Shown here: positions 13,908 through 27,619 of the stretch, piece after piece
How positions within the stretch are numbered: position 1 is the stretch's first letter
Layout of the letters: each line of letters opens with the position of its first letter
DNA from: Paraspadella gotoi
Lineage: Eukaryota > Animalia > Chaetognatha
Assembly: GCA_051294375.1 (NCBI GenBank)
Contig: CM119265.1
Coordinates: 23,590,669 to 23,654,668 of the forward strand
Direction: 5' to 3'
Length of the DNA: 64,000 nt
Program-made: the position numbers and the translations under genes
Notes under the pieces: generated by a model
Told to the model about the DNA's origin: nothing
Seen by the model: the letters and a program-made list of their open reading frames with translations, nothing else
Database searches by the model: none

Positions 13908-14839
13908 TTCTCTCTCTCTCTCTCCTCTCTCATCTCTCTTCCTCTCTATCTTCTATGATCTACATTCTCATCTCTCTCTCTCTCTCTCTCTCTCTGCTCT
14001 CGCTCTCTATCGTCTCTCCTCTTCTCTCTCTCCTCTCTCTCATCTCTATCTCCTCAATAATAACTCTATCGCTCTCTCTCTCNNNNNNNNNNNNNNNNNN
14101 NNNNNNNNNNNNNNNNNTTCCCATATTTTGTGACTTTTTTATTTCTTTCGATGACAAACGAGTTTGAATTTCCGTCTCGCGTGAAAATCGTTCACGACGC
14201 GGGGAAAAAGGGAGAGGAAATCACGAGAGTAGAATCACGATCGCGTCACATGACTGTAAGGTTGTGAATCCAAGTGTGAATTCTACGCGATTATTTTGCC
14301 CCTCCAGAATTATGACTCATTTATTGGTGATTTTGTTAATTATTATTTAAGAAAAAACAATAAATTTACCATCGAATTCTTTAGAAATTAAATTCTTCCA
14401 AAGATATCATATTTTGTTACATCTGTTCAACTGCCGGTCGCAAATTTTTGACTATTTTAAGCATTAGTTGTTTCTCTCTCTCTCNNNNNNNNNNNNNNNN
14501 NNNNNNNNNNNNNNNNNNNNNNNNNNNNNNNNNNNNNNNNNNNNNNNNNNNNNNNNNNNNNNNNNNNNNNNNNNNNNNNNNNNNNNNNNNNNNNNNNNNN
14601 NNNNNNNNNNNNNNNNNNNNNNNNNNNNNNNNNNNNNNNNNNNNNNNNNNNNNNNNNNNNNNNNNNNNNNNNNNNNNNNNNNNNNNNNNNNNNNNNNNNN
14701 NNNNNNNNNNNNNNNNNNNCTCTCTCTCTCTTTTTCTTCCTTGCCATATTGTACAATTAGCTAATTCAATCTGATTTCAATCAAGTAAAGCGATTCACAC
14801 TATTTTTCATACAAGAGACTCCGATCTGAAATACTGTCG

Positions 14840-14875
<36 letters not shown>

Positions 14876-15956
14876 ATCAACAGCAACAGCAACGGCAGCA
14901 GTATCAGCTGTAGCAGCGGCGGCAACCATTCAACGTCTCCTTCACTGTGAAAGGAGAGGAGATTGTGACTCTGGATTCCGTGAGTCGTGAGTCGGTGAAG
15001 CTTTTGATCACGTGACGCAAACATCGCTGTTAAATCATCGTCGGCGTCAAAATCGTCGTCGTTGTTGTTGTTGTTGTTGTTTTGCTTTGTTGTCGTTCTT
15101 GTCCACGTATCAGTCGTTGTCGAGTTCGTTCTTTTCGTGTCGTCGTCGTCGTCGTCGTCGCCGCTTTTTTCGCTGTCGTTCGCATCTTTGTCATTATAAT
15201 CATCGCAATCTATGTCGTCGATGAACGATTGTCGCTGTTGAAATCATCACTTTACTTTTCTTCGATAAACATTGTCATTGTCAGTCGTTGTCGTCGTCGT
15301 TGTCATGGTCAGTCTTCATCGTTGTCGTCGTTGTGGTCGTCGCCATCGTCTTCGTCAGGGTAGTACTCGTTTACGTCACAACACGAAGTCTCAGAGGAAA
15401 AAAAAACTTGAATTAATTTTCTCATCAAAGTTTTTCTCGACTTTTCTTTGATTTTCTCAGTTTCTTGTACGGAGGAATAGATTTTAATTAGAAGTAAACA
15501 GTTATCGTTTAAAATTGATTATTCAATCAATCAACTTTATCATTTTTGACATAAGTTATAATTGAAATTACTTTAAAACTATATTCAATATTTCAAATTA
15601 TAAAATCGACCATGAAAATGGGACACAAAGAAAACCTTAAATATGTAGAAAGCCAAGGAAAAAATAAAACCTTATGTTCGATTTCTGTTTCACACTTTCA
15701 CGATTAAGTATCCACTGAATTTAGTATTTAATGTAATTCCTTATTTATTATTTTCAAGCGCTTTCTTTCTATTTCCCTCCGTCATTAATTTTTAATAATT
15801 TTTTAATAAAATCCTTTTAATTTCTCACAAAATCGACGTCAAAACTCAATATGATAGCATCGAAGCGAAAAAGAGAGAAAAAAAATTGAAAGAGAAAAGA
15901 TTAATGGAACTTATGACGCGTTAATCGGTGTTGACTCAGTGGCCGTGGTCAGTCTG

Positions 15957-15994
<38 letters not shown>

Positions 15995-16990
15995 GTTACT
16001 CTCGTTTACTTTTTTTTTGTCTCATTTCGATATTTTGGTCGATAAACATTTTTCGTGCCCTCTAACGGAAAGAAACGGACCAACATTGAAAATCCTACGC
16101 CAACATTTCTAGTGCATAACGTACGCCAGTAGTTATTGCTCGCGCATACACGCATCCGGCCAAGTCCCGGAAGTCATTTTCTCGACCACACAGATCGAAA
16201 CGAATACTTTTTTTTTTCTTTTTCAAAGTCGAACAAAACAAAGAATGCCTGCGAGAAGCATCCGTTATCTCCCGTTCTTCCCACCAATTCCGCCCCCTTT
16301 CCGACACCCTCCGCCCCCCTTCCATCCCCCCTTCCACCCTCCTTAACCCGCTCATCGCAGGGAGGTCAAGACGGTTTCTCTCACCAATCACACATTTTCG
16401 AAATCATCTTCCCCTCCAAGGGCGAGGGTCACTCTTGAGTACCGTTCCCAGTGAGGCCACGCCTCTCGTCACGGGTTCAACAGATTCGAAACGTCGGCCC
16501 TTTTTTTTTAAACCCACCTCCCGACCCGCACAACGAGCTTCGAAACCCCCTCCTGCCCACGCCGTCCCCCCACTACCCACCGCCCACCCCCAAACGGGTT
16601 CCGTCTGAGAGGATCGTTCCCTCCCCCTGTTTTCCTTTTTTGTTTGTCTCGGGTTGTTGAGTTTAGGATCGCCGAGTTTTGAGTCTCCAGGATGAAGAGA
16701 AAGCGAAGCAGTTCGCATCTTGGCTACTTTTTTTTTATTTTGTCTCTCTCTCTCTCTCTTTTTCTCATCTCTCTCTCCTCTCATCTCTCTGCTACGTCTC
16801 TCTCTCTTCCTGTCTCTCTCCTCCTCTCTCTCTCTCTTTCTTCTCTCTCTCTCTCCACTCTCTCTCTTTCCTTCTACTTCTTCTTCCCGTCCTCCACAGT
16901 TAACTCCTCTGCTATCTCTCTCTCTTATCTCTCTCTCTGCTCTCTCGTCTCTCTCTTTCCTCTCTCTCTCTCTTTCTTCTCTTCTACTCG

Positions 16991-17021
<31 letters not shown>

Positions 17022-18968
17022 CCTCTCTCTCTCTCTCGTTTTTTTTTTCTAAGCCGTAACTGATGTTTTGCTCCTCCTCAAACTTAAATATAAAGGGTTG
17101 ACTTTTTAATTGTTTTACACTTTTTATTTCAATTTTTAAATTTTCCCTCTTTATTTTTCTGTGCCCGCGTTCCTCTCCTTTTCTCAATATATCTATGTTC
17201 TTTTCTTTTCCTATCTCACTATACCTATCTATGCTGAATTTTTTTTTCTGATCATTTTTCTTTTTAAACTCCACTAATATCGATTTTTTTTATTTTAGTT
17301 TAAATCTCCTAATCCTAGATTTCACAGTGTAATTACGATGTACCAAGTTTTTAAATTGTAAATTATTTTTAGTTTCTATTTTTTTTTCAAATTTCGAGGT
17401 CCTTTGTAAATTATTTCATATCATAGCTTTCAATAATAATTTTTTTTTTTCAAATAATTTGCTTGATCGTTCATTTAGTTAGCGCCAAACAATCTGTCTC
17501 CATCGCTTTACATGGTATTTATTTTTTCTCGTCCGTTCCGTCTTGTTCCCTTTGTCCTTACGGTCTAATGGTCTTCGGCTTGATTTCCCACACCACAATG
17601 ATCTCCCCCCGCCCTTGTCACTCGCCCGTTCTTTCTCCATTCGCCAATAAACCGCGGGTTTTTTTTGAATAAAAAAACATTTTTATGATTTTTATTCAAT
17701 ATTACCTTCGATTAAAATCCATTTTTAATTGGCACAATGAGGAGGTCGAGAGATAAGGAGAGCAAGAGAGAGAAGAGAGGAGCAGGTGAGAGAGAGAGAG
17801 TGAGAGAGAGAGAGAGAGATGAGAGGAGCTTATTTACATTTATACGGACGTCACCGAGAACTCATTCGACCGTAAATATGCAATTTCTTCCCGCTTTTTA
17901 CGGGGATAGTTAAAACCGTCACTTTTTTTCCCTTAATATCATTCTTATATCTTCCTTTATTCGTCTTTGCCTTTTCTTCGCTGTCCTCTCCCGGTCTATC
18001 TTTCTTTAACGTCTTTCTCTCTCTCCATCCTCTCTCCTCATCTTCTCTCGTCTCTTCTCTCACTCTCTCGTCTCTCTCTTCTCCTCCTCTTTCGAGAGGC
18101 ATATACTTGAAACGTTCGGCGGACCCAATTTTCGGTCACTCTATTGTTTTCCGGCTGCGGCTATTGTTCTCTCCGTCTGCGCGCTGCATGTCGCGGACCT
18201 GACCCGAACCTGACCCCGACGGGTATTCTGCTTCTCTAATCTCTTCTTTTCTCCCTTCGGCCGCGGCATCCGGGCTTTAACTGATCAGAGTCCGCGCGTA
18301 ACACGACGGAGCTGAAAGTCGCGGATCGAGTCTCTTTTCTTTCTTTTCTTTAATCTCAAAGAATAAAAAATAGGAAAAATAAAATGATAAATAAAATAAT
18401 AAACAAAAAAAGGAAAGAAATAAACAAATGACTAGTGAAAAATATTGTCACAAGACTCTCTCTTCTTTCTCTATTTATTTATTTTTTTTAAATTTTCTCG
18501 ACTTATTCTTTTTTCCCTTAATTATTGTTTTCTATTTTTTTTTTAATTTTCATTTGTATCATTTGTATTTAATATTTTTTCAACTGAAACAAAAAAATAC
18601 AATTTCTATTATAAATGATTTAAAAAATGATTAAAAAGAATACTGGCTGGGAAATTGTTTTAGGATTCCAGACAACTGTTTTGCTCGGGCTTTTGTTTCA
18701 GCTTTGCTCCACTCTCCACTCTCGGTATAAAGCGACCTCTCAAAAACAATTCGGTGCAAAGGCAGCTTTCCCAGACAAAAGACAGAGTTAAAAACTTTGC
18801 TAGACTTTTTCCAAAAAAATTGATAATTTAGGTAATCGAATTTAAATAAAAAGAAAGAAATCAATTAAATGTTAAGTGAGAAAAAAAATTTTGTTTTTAT
18901 TTGCAGTGTAATTAAATTAAATTAAATAAATTAAAAAATTAAAATTCATAATTAGATGAATTGAACAC

Positions 18969-19075
18969 TGATGGAAGCCTTAAACCACCAAAAGCCTGTC
19001 CAAAGTCAGGGGCAAGATAAGCTTATTTATTAAATGAATGGATAACTTTTATATTGATTGAACCAATTTCATAAG
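18969..19075 (+). repeat. Fragment of the 61770-62250 element (3' part)
   Basis: TGATGGAAGCCTTAAACCACCAAAAGCCTGTCCAAAGTCAGGGGCAAGATA is nearly identical to 62143-62192. Confidence 0.8.
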
Positions 19076-19847
19076 TCATTATTAGTAAAAGGAAGTGTTG
19101 TGAAGAGAAATCACAGCGCCGCAACAAGTTGGACTTGCTGGTTTCTGTTTAATTCGTTATTTGCTTTAAAAATTTGATGCAAAGGCAAACGTTTTCAATT
19201 ATTTTTAATAATAATTAATTTTGTGCACTATTTTAAATTTTTTAATAAATTTTTTGTAAACAAATTTTATTTTTATTTCTTAATCGCCTATTAACTAATT
19301 TTATATTAACATAAAAAATCTTGATTTTTGCCAGCCAAATAGAATAACTAGAAAAACCAATGATGTTAAAAACAATTCAAACATTGTAATTAAGTTCATC
19401 TCTCTCTCTCTTTGTCAATTTTTTTCCAACGTCAGTTTTTAGGTCAGACAATAGCCTTGTATTCCAAAAGTTATTTTATAATATGAGTTAGTTTTTCCAA
19501 AAAAANNNNNNNNNNNNNNNNNNNNNNNNNATTATTGTGAAAATTTAAAATGAAAGAATGTACCCAAAAAAAAACAAAAACAATGTTTTACATTTTATTT
19601 TTTTATAATTTAATATAATATTTTAAAGAAAATAAGTAAAAATAATTTTCCCGTCCGCGACCACGATCTCCGGACGTGATCCTGTTGATCCGCGGATTTC
19701 TCCCGATCAGAGATAATTTCTCTGAATCCGCGACCTCGAGTCCCGGCGGCAAAGATTGGCCGGCCGACGTGGTCCGGCCATGGTGGACAAAAGGCTCGGT
19801 GTCCGGACACCATGGCTTCTTAGCCGCGAATCTCGAGTATACCCATG

Positions 19848-19907
<60 letters not shown>

Positions 19908-21272
19908 ACTTTAAATCCTACTTTTTTTCCTTCTTTTTCTTTTCTTTTTCCATTTTTTTCTCTAAAAACGACTTATCCCAGTTATCCCTATATCCTTCTC
20001 TCCTTTGCTTACTGCTTTTATTATTCTTTCTACTACTACATGGAATAATCTAATTCTCGTTTTGATTTTTCGTTTCCACTTGTTTCCAACATTTCCACAT
20101 CTTCCTCCGCCCCAATCATATTCCACCTCCTCTCTCATGCATTACTTCACATAGATCTGACGGATATTAATATTTTTTAACCATTTACAATTACGTGTCT
20201 TCTCTACTTTACATTTACCACTTCCAGCGTTTTGATTTATTTCCATCACTTCCTCTAATTTATTTTCTCTTTCATTTCCGCATCCTCCATATTTCCACAT
20301 CCACTTCCCTTTATTTATTTCCCCTTTCATTTCCACATCCTCCACCATATTCAATTTCTCTTTTCCCACGTCAACAATATACCAGGACCCACCTCCCCCT
20401 CCTCCTCCTCCTCCTCCTCCTCCTCCTGCTCCACGTCGAAACCTTGAACAAATGAACACTGAATAGGTTCACCTCCTTTTATTCCCTTTTAAACTCTTTC
20501 TTCTTAAGTAAAATGCGACTTTGAACCAAGGTACAAACTTTATCTTCGCAGAGATAATGTCGCACTGACGTCCTGACATCTGGATACATATTTGATACAG
20601 ACTTAGAGAAGGTATTGTTTTCAGTTACTAAGTAAATATACACAACTACGTAGAATGTAACAGTTTGTAACACTGTAACCTTGTATTTAGAAGGTAGTAT
20701 CTCATTCACAATACCTTTTATGTTACCTCTATTAAAGTTCCCATTTCTTTACATCGAGGGTGTATGTTTCATCCGTCATACTTATCATTTAAACATACCC
20801 ATCAATCTAAAGTTTTTCAACGAGAGAAAATCGAGAGTTTGCAGATGCACCACGGAAAAAAAAAAACTCATTCATAATTAATTGAAATTCATTTCCTTTG
20901 GCGATGATAGTTTCCATAATTTTTTGCCCATTTGTTTACGAGTCAGANNNNNNNNNNNNNNNNNNNNNNNNNNNNNNNNNNNNNNNNNNNNNNNNNNNNN
21001 NNNNNNNNNNNNNNNNNNNNNNNNNNNNNNNNNNNNNNNNNNNNNNNNNNNNNNNNNNNNNNNNNNNNNNNNNNNNNNNNNNNNNNNNNNNNNNNNNNNN
21101 NNNNNNNNNNNNNNNNNNNNNNNNNNNNNNNNNNNNNNNNNCTCTACGAGGCCACATTTTACCTTCCAACTCTCGCGCGTACAACCCGAGTATGCAAATG
21201 AGATTGTTGCGACTGGCCCATAAAACTCGTAATCAGGAATCAGGATTTGTTCGACTTCGGTCGTCGACCCAG

Positions 21273-21402
21273 ACGGAGGCGGAGTCGGCAGAGGCAAGGT
21301 CGGCAGAGACGAGGTCGGCTAAGGCAGAGTTGGCAGAGGTAAGGTCAGTGGAGGCAAGGTCGGCAGAGACAAGGTCGGCTAAGGCAAGGTTGCCAGAGGC
21401 AA
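21273..21402 (+). repeat. 15-bp minisatellite x~8 (GGCAGAGGCAAGGTC-like)
   Basis: Direct inspection; 60-bp higher-order period. Confidence 0.85.
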
Positions 21403-22783
21403 CCTCATCATCATCATCATCATACCATAATTTTAATAGTTTTTGCTAATTTTAATCGATAAAACATAAAAATTTGGAAATCTTGTAATCATATTCATTA
21501 TTTATTTTTTTAAACTCTACCAGAATCCATATTTAAAAATTCTGAATTGAATTTTTTTTTTACGATTTAGGATGGACTTTAAATGCTTCCATGTTATTAA
21601 CTATACATAAAATATGAACATTTTTGTGACTTTCGTTATCCCCTAGGGAAGCTCTAACGTTATTTATATTACAGAACTCATAGTTTTTACCATATTCCGC
21701 CTTAATATGTATGTATAACTCCATATGAATTCTCCTTCATTAAATATTAACAAGATTCAGTCAAACGTCACATCGCCGCATTTTTAATAATTCACGCGTT
21801 TAAGTCGTGAAACATTTTTGAAAGGTTTCACTTTGCAAAGTTGTTGTTATTGCTGTCGTTTTTATGGTCGTCGTCGTCGTCGTCGTCGTCGTCAACTTTG
21901 TTTTGATCTTTCAATTTTCGATTCAGTTTTATATCTCGATTCTCCAGAATCCATGATGCATATTTAGAACCATCGACGGAAACACGAGGATACGGACCCG
22001 GCCCGTCGTTAAGGGGTCTCTNNNNNNNNNNNNNNNNNNNNNNNNNNNNNNNNNNNNNNNNNNNNNNNNNNNNNNNNNNNNNNNNNNNNNNNNNNNNNNN
22101 NNNNNNNNNNNNNNNNNNNNNNNNNNNNNNNNNNNNNNNNNNNNNNNNNNNNNNNNNNNNNNNNNNNNNNNNNNNNNNNNNNNNNGTGTTTTCCTTAGAA
22201 ATTAAGCTTTAATTTTCTTTGTTTTCTTTTTCGTTTCGGAAAAATGATGACGTCACGTGGAATCGATTGATCGCCATAGATCTTTTACCTCCTCCTCTTC
22301 CTCCTCCTCCTCCTCCTACTCCTCCTCCTCTTCCCTCTCCTCTCTTTTTAGTTCCCCTCCTTTTTTCCTCTTCTCTTCCTTCTTTCTCTGTTTTGTTGTG
22401 TTTTGTTTTCCTGTTTTGATGATTTTAAAATCTATTCTTTCGTGTTGTTTTTTTTTTCGAGACAGGAAATCGTTCCACGACGTTTTGATTTCTCATTCCT
22501 TCATTACTTATATTTTTCTTTTTCTTTCCTTTCTTCTAATGCCTTCCTTTTTCTTTTTTTCCTGTCTTTCGTCTCTATTCAATATTCATCTCATCACTTT
22601 CTCAAATATTGTCAATTTTCACATCTCCGAATCCTCTTCCCTTCACCGTTCATCCTTCACAGTCTCTTCACTTCACACTTCTTCCCTCTCCACTCCTACT
22701 CCTCCTCTTATTATTCCTCCGTCCGTCTATCGGTCGGTCCGTCTGTCCGTCTGTCCGTCCGTCGATTCATTCTTTAAACAGAA

Positions 22784-23248
22784 CCTCGTTCGTTCTGATG
22801 TCTCAAAGAAAAAAGGGTGAAATCTATCTCTTAAGCAAACTCTCTCTCTNNNNNNNNNNNNNNNNNNNNNNNNNNNNNNNNNNNNNNNNNNNNNNNNNNN
22901 NNNNNNNNNNNNNNNNNNNNNNNNNNNNNNNNNNNNNNNNNNNNNNNNNNNNNNNNNNNNNNNNNNNNNNNNNNNNNNNNNNNNNNNNNNNNNNNNNNNN
23001 NNNNNNNNNNNNNNNNNNNNNNNNNNNNNNNNNNCAACTAAAAATAACAATAAACACCCAAAAAATAATAAAAACGTCTCTTTGCTGAAACTAAAGTAAC
23101 TGCAGCAACATCGAGGCATAGAAGGGAACTGCCGCATTTGCGACAGTAACAAAAGAATTGTCAAATCTGAAAAGTCATGACTTTAGAGAAAAAAGAGGGA
23201 TCGATAAAAGTGCTAGGAAAAAAAAGATAGGGCAGAGTAAGTCAATAA

Positions 23249-23285
<37 letters not shown>

Positions 23286-24446
23286 NNNNNNNNNNNNNNN
23301 NNNNNNNNNNNNNNNNNNNNNNNNNNNNNNNNNNNNNNNNNNNNNNNNNNNNNNNNNNNNNNNNNNNNNNNNNNNNNNNNNNNNNNNNNNNNNNNNNAAA
23401 AAAGTTATCAAACAAAAAACCAAACAAAACAAAAAAAATATTGTTATCTCCATTCTTTACAAAACATCCAGCCTTTCTAAAATAGGTTTCTAGATTGATT
23501 AATGTAACTTATTCTAAATTGTATCTGACTGAACGACTAAGTCGCATTTGGAAAAGAAACGAACAGAAACCCACGTGACGGTCTTTAGAGACATTTGCTC
23601 GTCGTATCTGAGGTTCTCAAGAAAAAAGGGTGAAATCTATACTCTTAATGCAAACTCTCTTTCTCTCTTTCTCTCTCCTCTTCTCGTCTCGGTCTCTCTC
23701 TCTCTCTTTTCTCTCTCTTTCTTCTCTTCTCGTCTCTCTCTCTCTCTCTGCTCATCTCTCTTCTCTTCTCTCTCTCTCTCTCGTCTCGTCAGACTTAACG
23801 CTTCGTGCAGATTTCGGATTGGTTTTTTAAATCTAGTACGCGAAAAAAAAACATAATGGTAATAAAAGCAAGCTACGGATGAAGCAGATAAGGTTAACGG
23901 ACACCTCAAGAAAGATAAATAATATAAAACGTCGTCGTTTGGCGGGAAATTATAAAGTAACGAGGGGACACGACGCAAGACAAAACCAATCGGCAATATA
24001 GAAATGGGAACTGCCGGGGCATTTGCGGGAAGTAACAAAAGAATGTCAAAGCGATCTGAATACAATCATGATGTAGGAGAAAAAGAGGGGATTAAATGAT
24101 AAAAGTGCTAGGAAAAACAAAAGGATGAGGGCAGAAGTAAGTCAGTAATCTCTTTCTCTCTCGTTCTACTCTCGATCTGAAGTGGAGGTAGACTGCTCAG
24201 TCTCGTTCTCGTCTCTCATTCTCGTCTCTCGTCCTTCTCTTATAATAAAAGTTATAAGGACAAAAACAAAAAAACAAGAAAATATTGTTATCCTCCATGT
24301 CTTTACAAAACATCCAGCTTTTCGTAATGAGGTTCTAGATATGATTGAATTAACTTAATTCTAAATTGATCTGCACTGAACGACTAAGATCGCGATTTGG
24401 AAAAGAAATCGAACAGAAACCGACTGACGGCCTTTAGAGACATTTT
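22784..24446 (+). repeat. Tandem noisy duplication (22784-23596 vs 23597-24446)
   Basis: Colinear; the second copy fills the first copy's N gaps and is followed by a 25-N gap. Confidence 0.85.
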
Positions 24447-25476
24447 GTAACTTAGACGTACTAGTTGTTCGTCTCAGGGTATGTAGTGTTCTGTTTAATT
24501 CAATTCAATTCAATTCTCTCTCTCTCTCTCTCTCTCATTCCTCGATTCTCTCTCTCTCTCTGGAATCTCTCTCTTCTCTCTCTCTCTCATCGTCTCTTCT
24601 CTCTCTCATGCCNNNNNNNNNNNNNNNNNNNNNNNNNTCTCATCCATTTTGTCTCGCTCGGTTTAATTCACTTTTTTTCTCTCTTAAAATTCTCCTCCTC
24701 TACTTTTTCTTCTTTGCTTTATTGCTTCACCGTTTGCTTTATTGCTCGGTCGTCTACTCTGAGACAAGAATAGATGTACTTAATGAGTCTAATGTACTGG
24801 AAAATTCGCCATTTTTTTTTAGCTCCTTGCACTAAGACTTCATTTACCAGAGTCCCCGGGCGGCGACCAAATTTGGCATCAACATTGGACAAGAAGCTTT
24901 TCTCTCCAGATTTGAACGGAACGACCGAAAAGTGACCCTTAGAGTTGCTCGGCGAGTACTCGCGGCGCAACTTGAAATAATATAAGTACCAATTTAGGAT
25001 CAATTGGGGGTTTTTAAGTAGATTAGCTTTACGCTTCTTGATCAAAAATGATCCGCTAGTTCCACATTTCACGAATTCGCGAACGTAATATAAAATAATT
25101 TATGTATTTACTTTCTTTTTTCCTTCTTTCTTTTCCCTATCCTATATTTTGGTCCGTTCGTCAACTTCCACCGTTAAATGTCAACGAGGAAAAATTCTTT
25201 ACGACATCTTTTGATGAAAAGTGGTCACATAAATCACACAGACTGAATAATAAATTCTTTGATTGGATAGAAAATCTTTTCTTCGAAAGATATCTTCCAG
25301 GTTGAAAAGAGACGGCGCGGCACCATCGTCGTCGTCGTCGTCGTCGTCGTCGGCGTCAGTGTCATCGTCGTTATTGTTGTCGTTGTTGGTGTCGTTATCG
25401 TCGTCGTCGTCGTTGTCAGCCTTCATCCAAAATATGAAATATGCATCTCCGACGGTAAAAGTTTCGTCTCAGGTGA

Positions 25477-25518
<42 letters not shown>

Positions 25519-26577
25519 GATCGATTCCAGCGGCTTCGGCGCCGGAAACGATTTTGACCTTTTTTGGAAAAGGCGGTGACCTTGACCTTGACCTTGACCT
25601 TAGATTCGGAATCGAGAAAGATAAAGTGAAATCGAATCCGGGATTTTTGGTTCTTTTCTTTTCTTTTCTTTTCTTTTCTTTTCTTTTCTTTTCTTTTCTT
25701 TTCTTTTCTTTTCTTTTCTTTTCTTTTCTTTTCTTTTTTCTTTTCTTTTCTTTTCTGTTTGTTTTTGTTCTTTTTTTTTATTCTATGTTCTTTTATATTT
25801 TATCTTTTATCTGCTTTTCTTTTCTCCTATTTTTTTCTTTTTTTTTTTCTTTTTTAAAACCATTATTTTGACGTTTTGACATATTATCTTTCGTTTCCTT
25901 TTCGATCAGCCATTCACTTCACACTCAGCGTAAACTCACTCTCCTTTAAAAATCACAAATCTTCACGCGAACAAACGCGAAGGTTCACGGACAAACTCAC
26001 AAATTCTCACTCGATCCGTCATCGCGAGGAAAGAAAAAAAAATTGTTATTCCACGAATTCCACGGAGATAAATAACGTAGGCGAAAACCGACCTTTCCTC
26101 TTATCTTCATCTTATCATCCTCATACCTTCTTCCTATTTCATCCTCCTATCTTCCCATATTTCCTCTTCATATCATCCTCACATTTCATCCTCATACCTT
26201 CCTCCTATCTAATCAACCTATCTTCCACCTATATCATTCCCCTATCTTCCTCCTAATTCATCCACCTATCTTTTTCATACTTTTTTATTAGTATCTCTTC
26301 ACACAGTCTTTTTCATTCTCCTAACTCATATTCCCAATTTATATATACATACCTCATCATTCTATCATCTTATTCTCCCATATCTCTTTACGCAGTCCTC
26401 ATCTTCATATCTCATCATTTTCTTATCCCTGTCTCCCTTCTTTTTATATTCCTACCTCATAATCAAATCCCGTTTTATATCATCTCCCCAATTCTCATTT
26501 TCCTATTTGCTCTGCTTCTATCTCTCTGCCTTATCCTTTCTTAACCAAAACCTCTTGTACTCTACCAATCGCGTTTC

Positions 26578-26656
<79 letters not shown>

Positions 26657-26949
26657 CTTATCTCTCACCTTGAAAAAGAACCGTTTACGATTCACTCACG
26701 TCAGAGGAAGAGGAAAAGAACCAACGCCAGTGAGTCTGTGAGTCTGTGAGTCCGTGAAAAGTCCGAGAAGGAGTGTGGTCAGCGGAAGAGAAAAGAACCA
26801 ACGCCAGTGAGTCTTTGAGTCTGTGAGTCCATGAAGGGGTGTGTCCGTAGGCCAATCCTTTATCCAAATCGCATTCCTCTGAAAAAGTGGTTCATGTTTT
26901 TCTGCCAAGACTTTTTATGGATGGATAAAACACCTTTCGCTCACTTTGG

Positions 26950-27016
26950 AAGCGAGCAAGCAAAGCGAGCAAGCAAAGCGAGCAAGCAAAGCGAGCAAGC
27001 AAAGCGAGCAAGCAAG
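26950..27016 (+). repeat. 13-bp tandem x~5 (AAGCGAGCAAGCA)
   Basis: Direct inspection. Confidence 0.9.
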
Positions 27017-27522
27017 AGGTTCGCCAACTAACTATCTAAACTATCCTTTCTCTAACCACCTCACATTTGGGTGGGAAACATGATTCCTTCCCTTTTTCCT
27101 TTTTCTTCCTCTCGAGTTTCACAGCCAACAGCGTGAATCTGTTTTTTCTCCTAAATTCACGGAGAAGTGGGTCCAATCTCTCACTGGCCGCCGGGATTGC
27201 GCTGCGAAGCGCGGCGGCAGATAAAGGGTGAAGAAAAAGGTGAGTGGAATCGAGACCCGTGAGAGGAAAGGAGGTAAGGAATCACTTCCTCGATGCCTCG
27301 AGGTAAGGCAAAGTCATGTGAAAACGGATTTGTGAACAGTGTGAACAAAACGGAGAATGTTGTGAACGGTAAGGATAAAAAAATGAGGAATTTATAACTT
27401 CATTTTTATATCTATGTTAGCGTCGAAGACATTAAATGTTTATTTTAAGTTATAACATTTGCATATATAAAAATATTAATAAATATATAATAAGATTTTC
27501 ATCATTTCCACTTTCTTTCTTC

Positions 27523-27619
<97 letters not shown>

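Noticed and set aside
16245-16346. 33-aa Pro-rich sORF MPARSIRYLPFFPPIPPPFRHPPPPFHPPFHPP resembling Pro-rich antimicrobial peptides
   Set aside because: C-rich DNA yields Pro in all frames; no signal peptide or other support.
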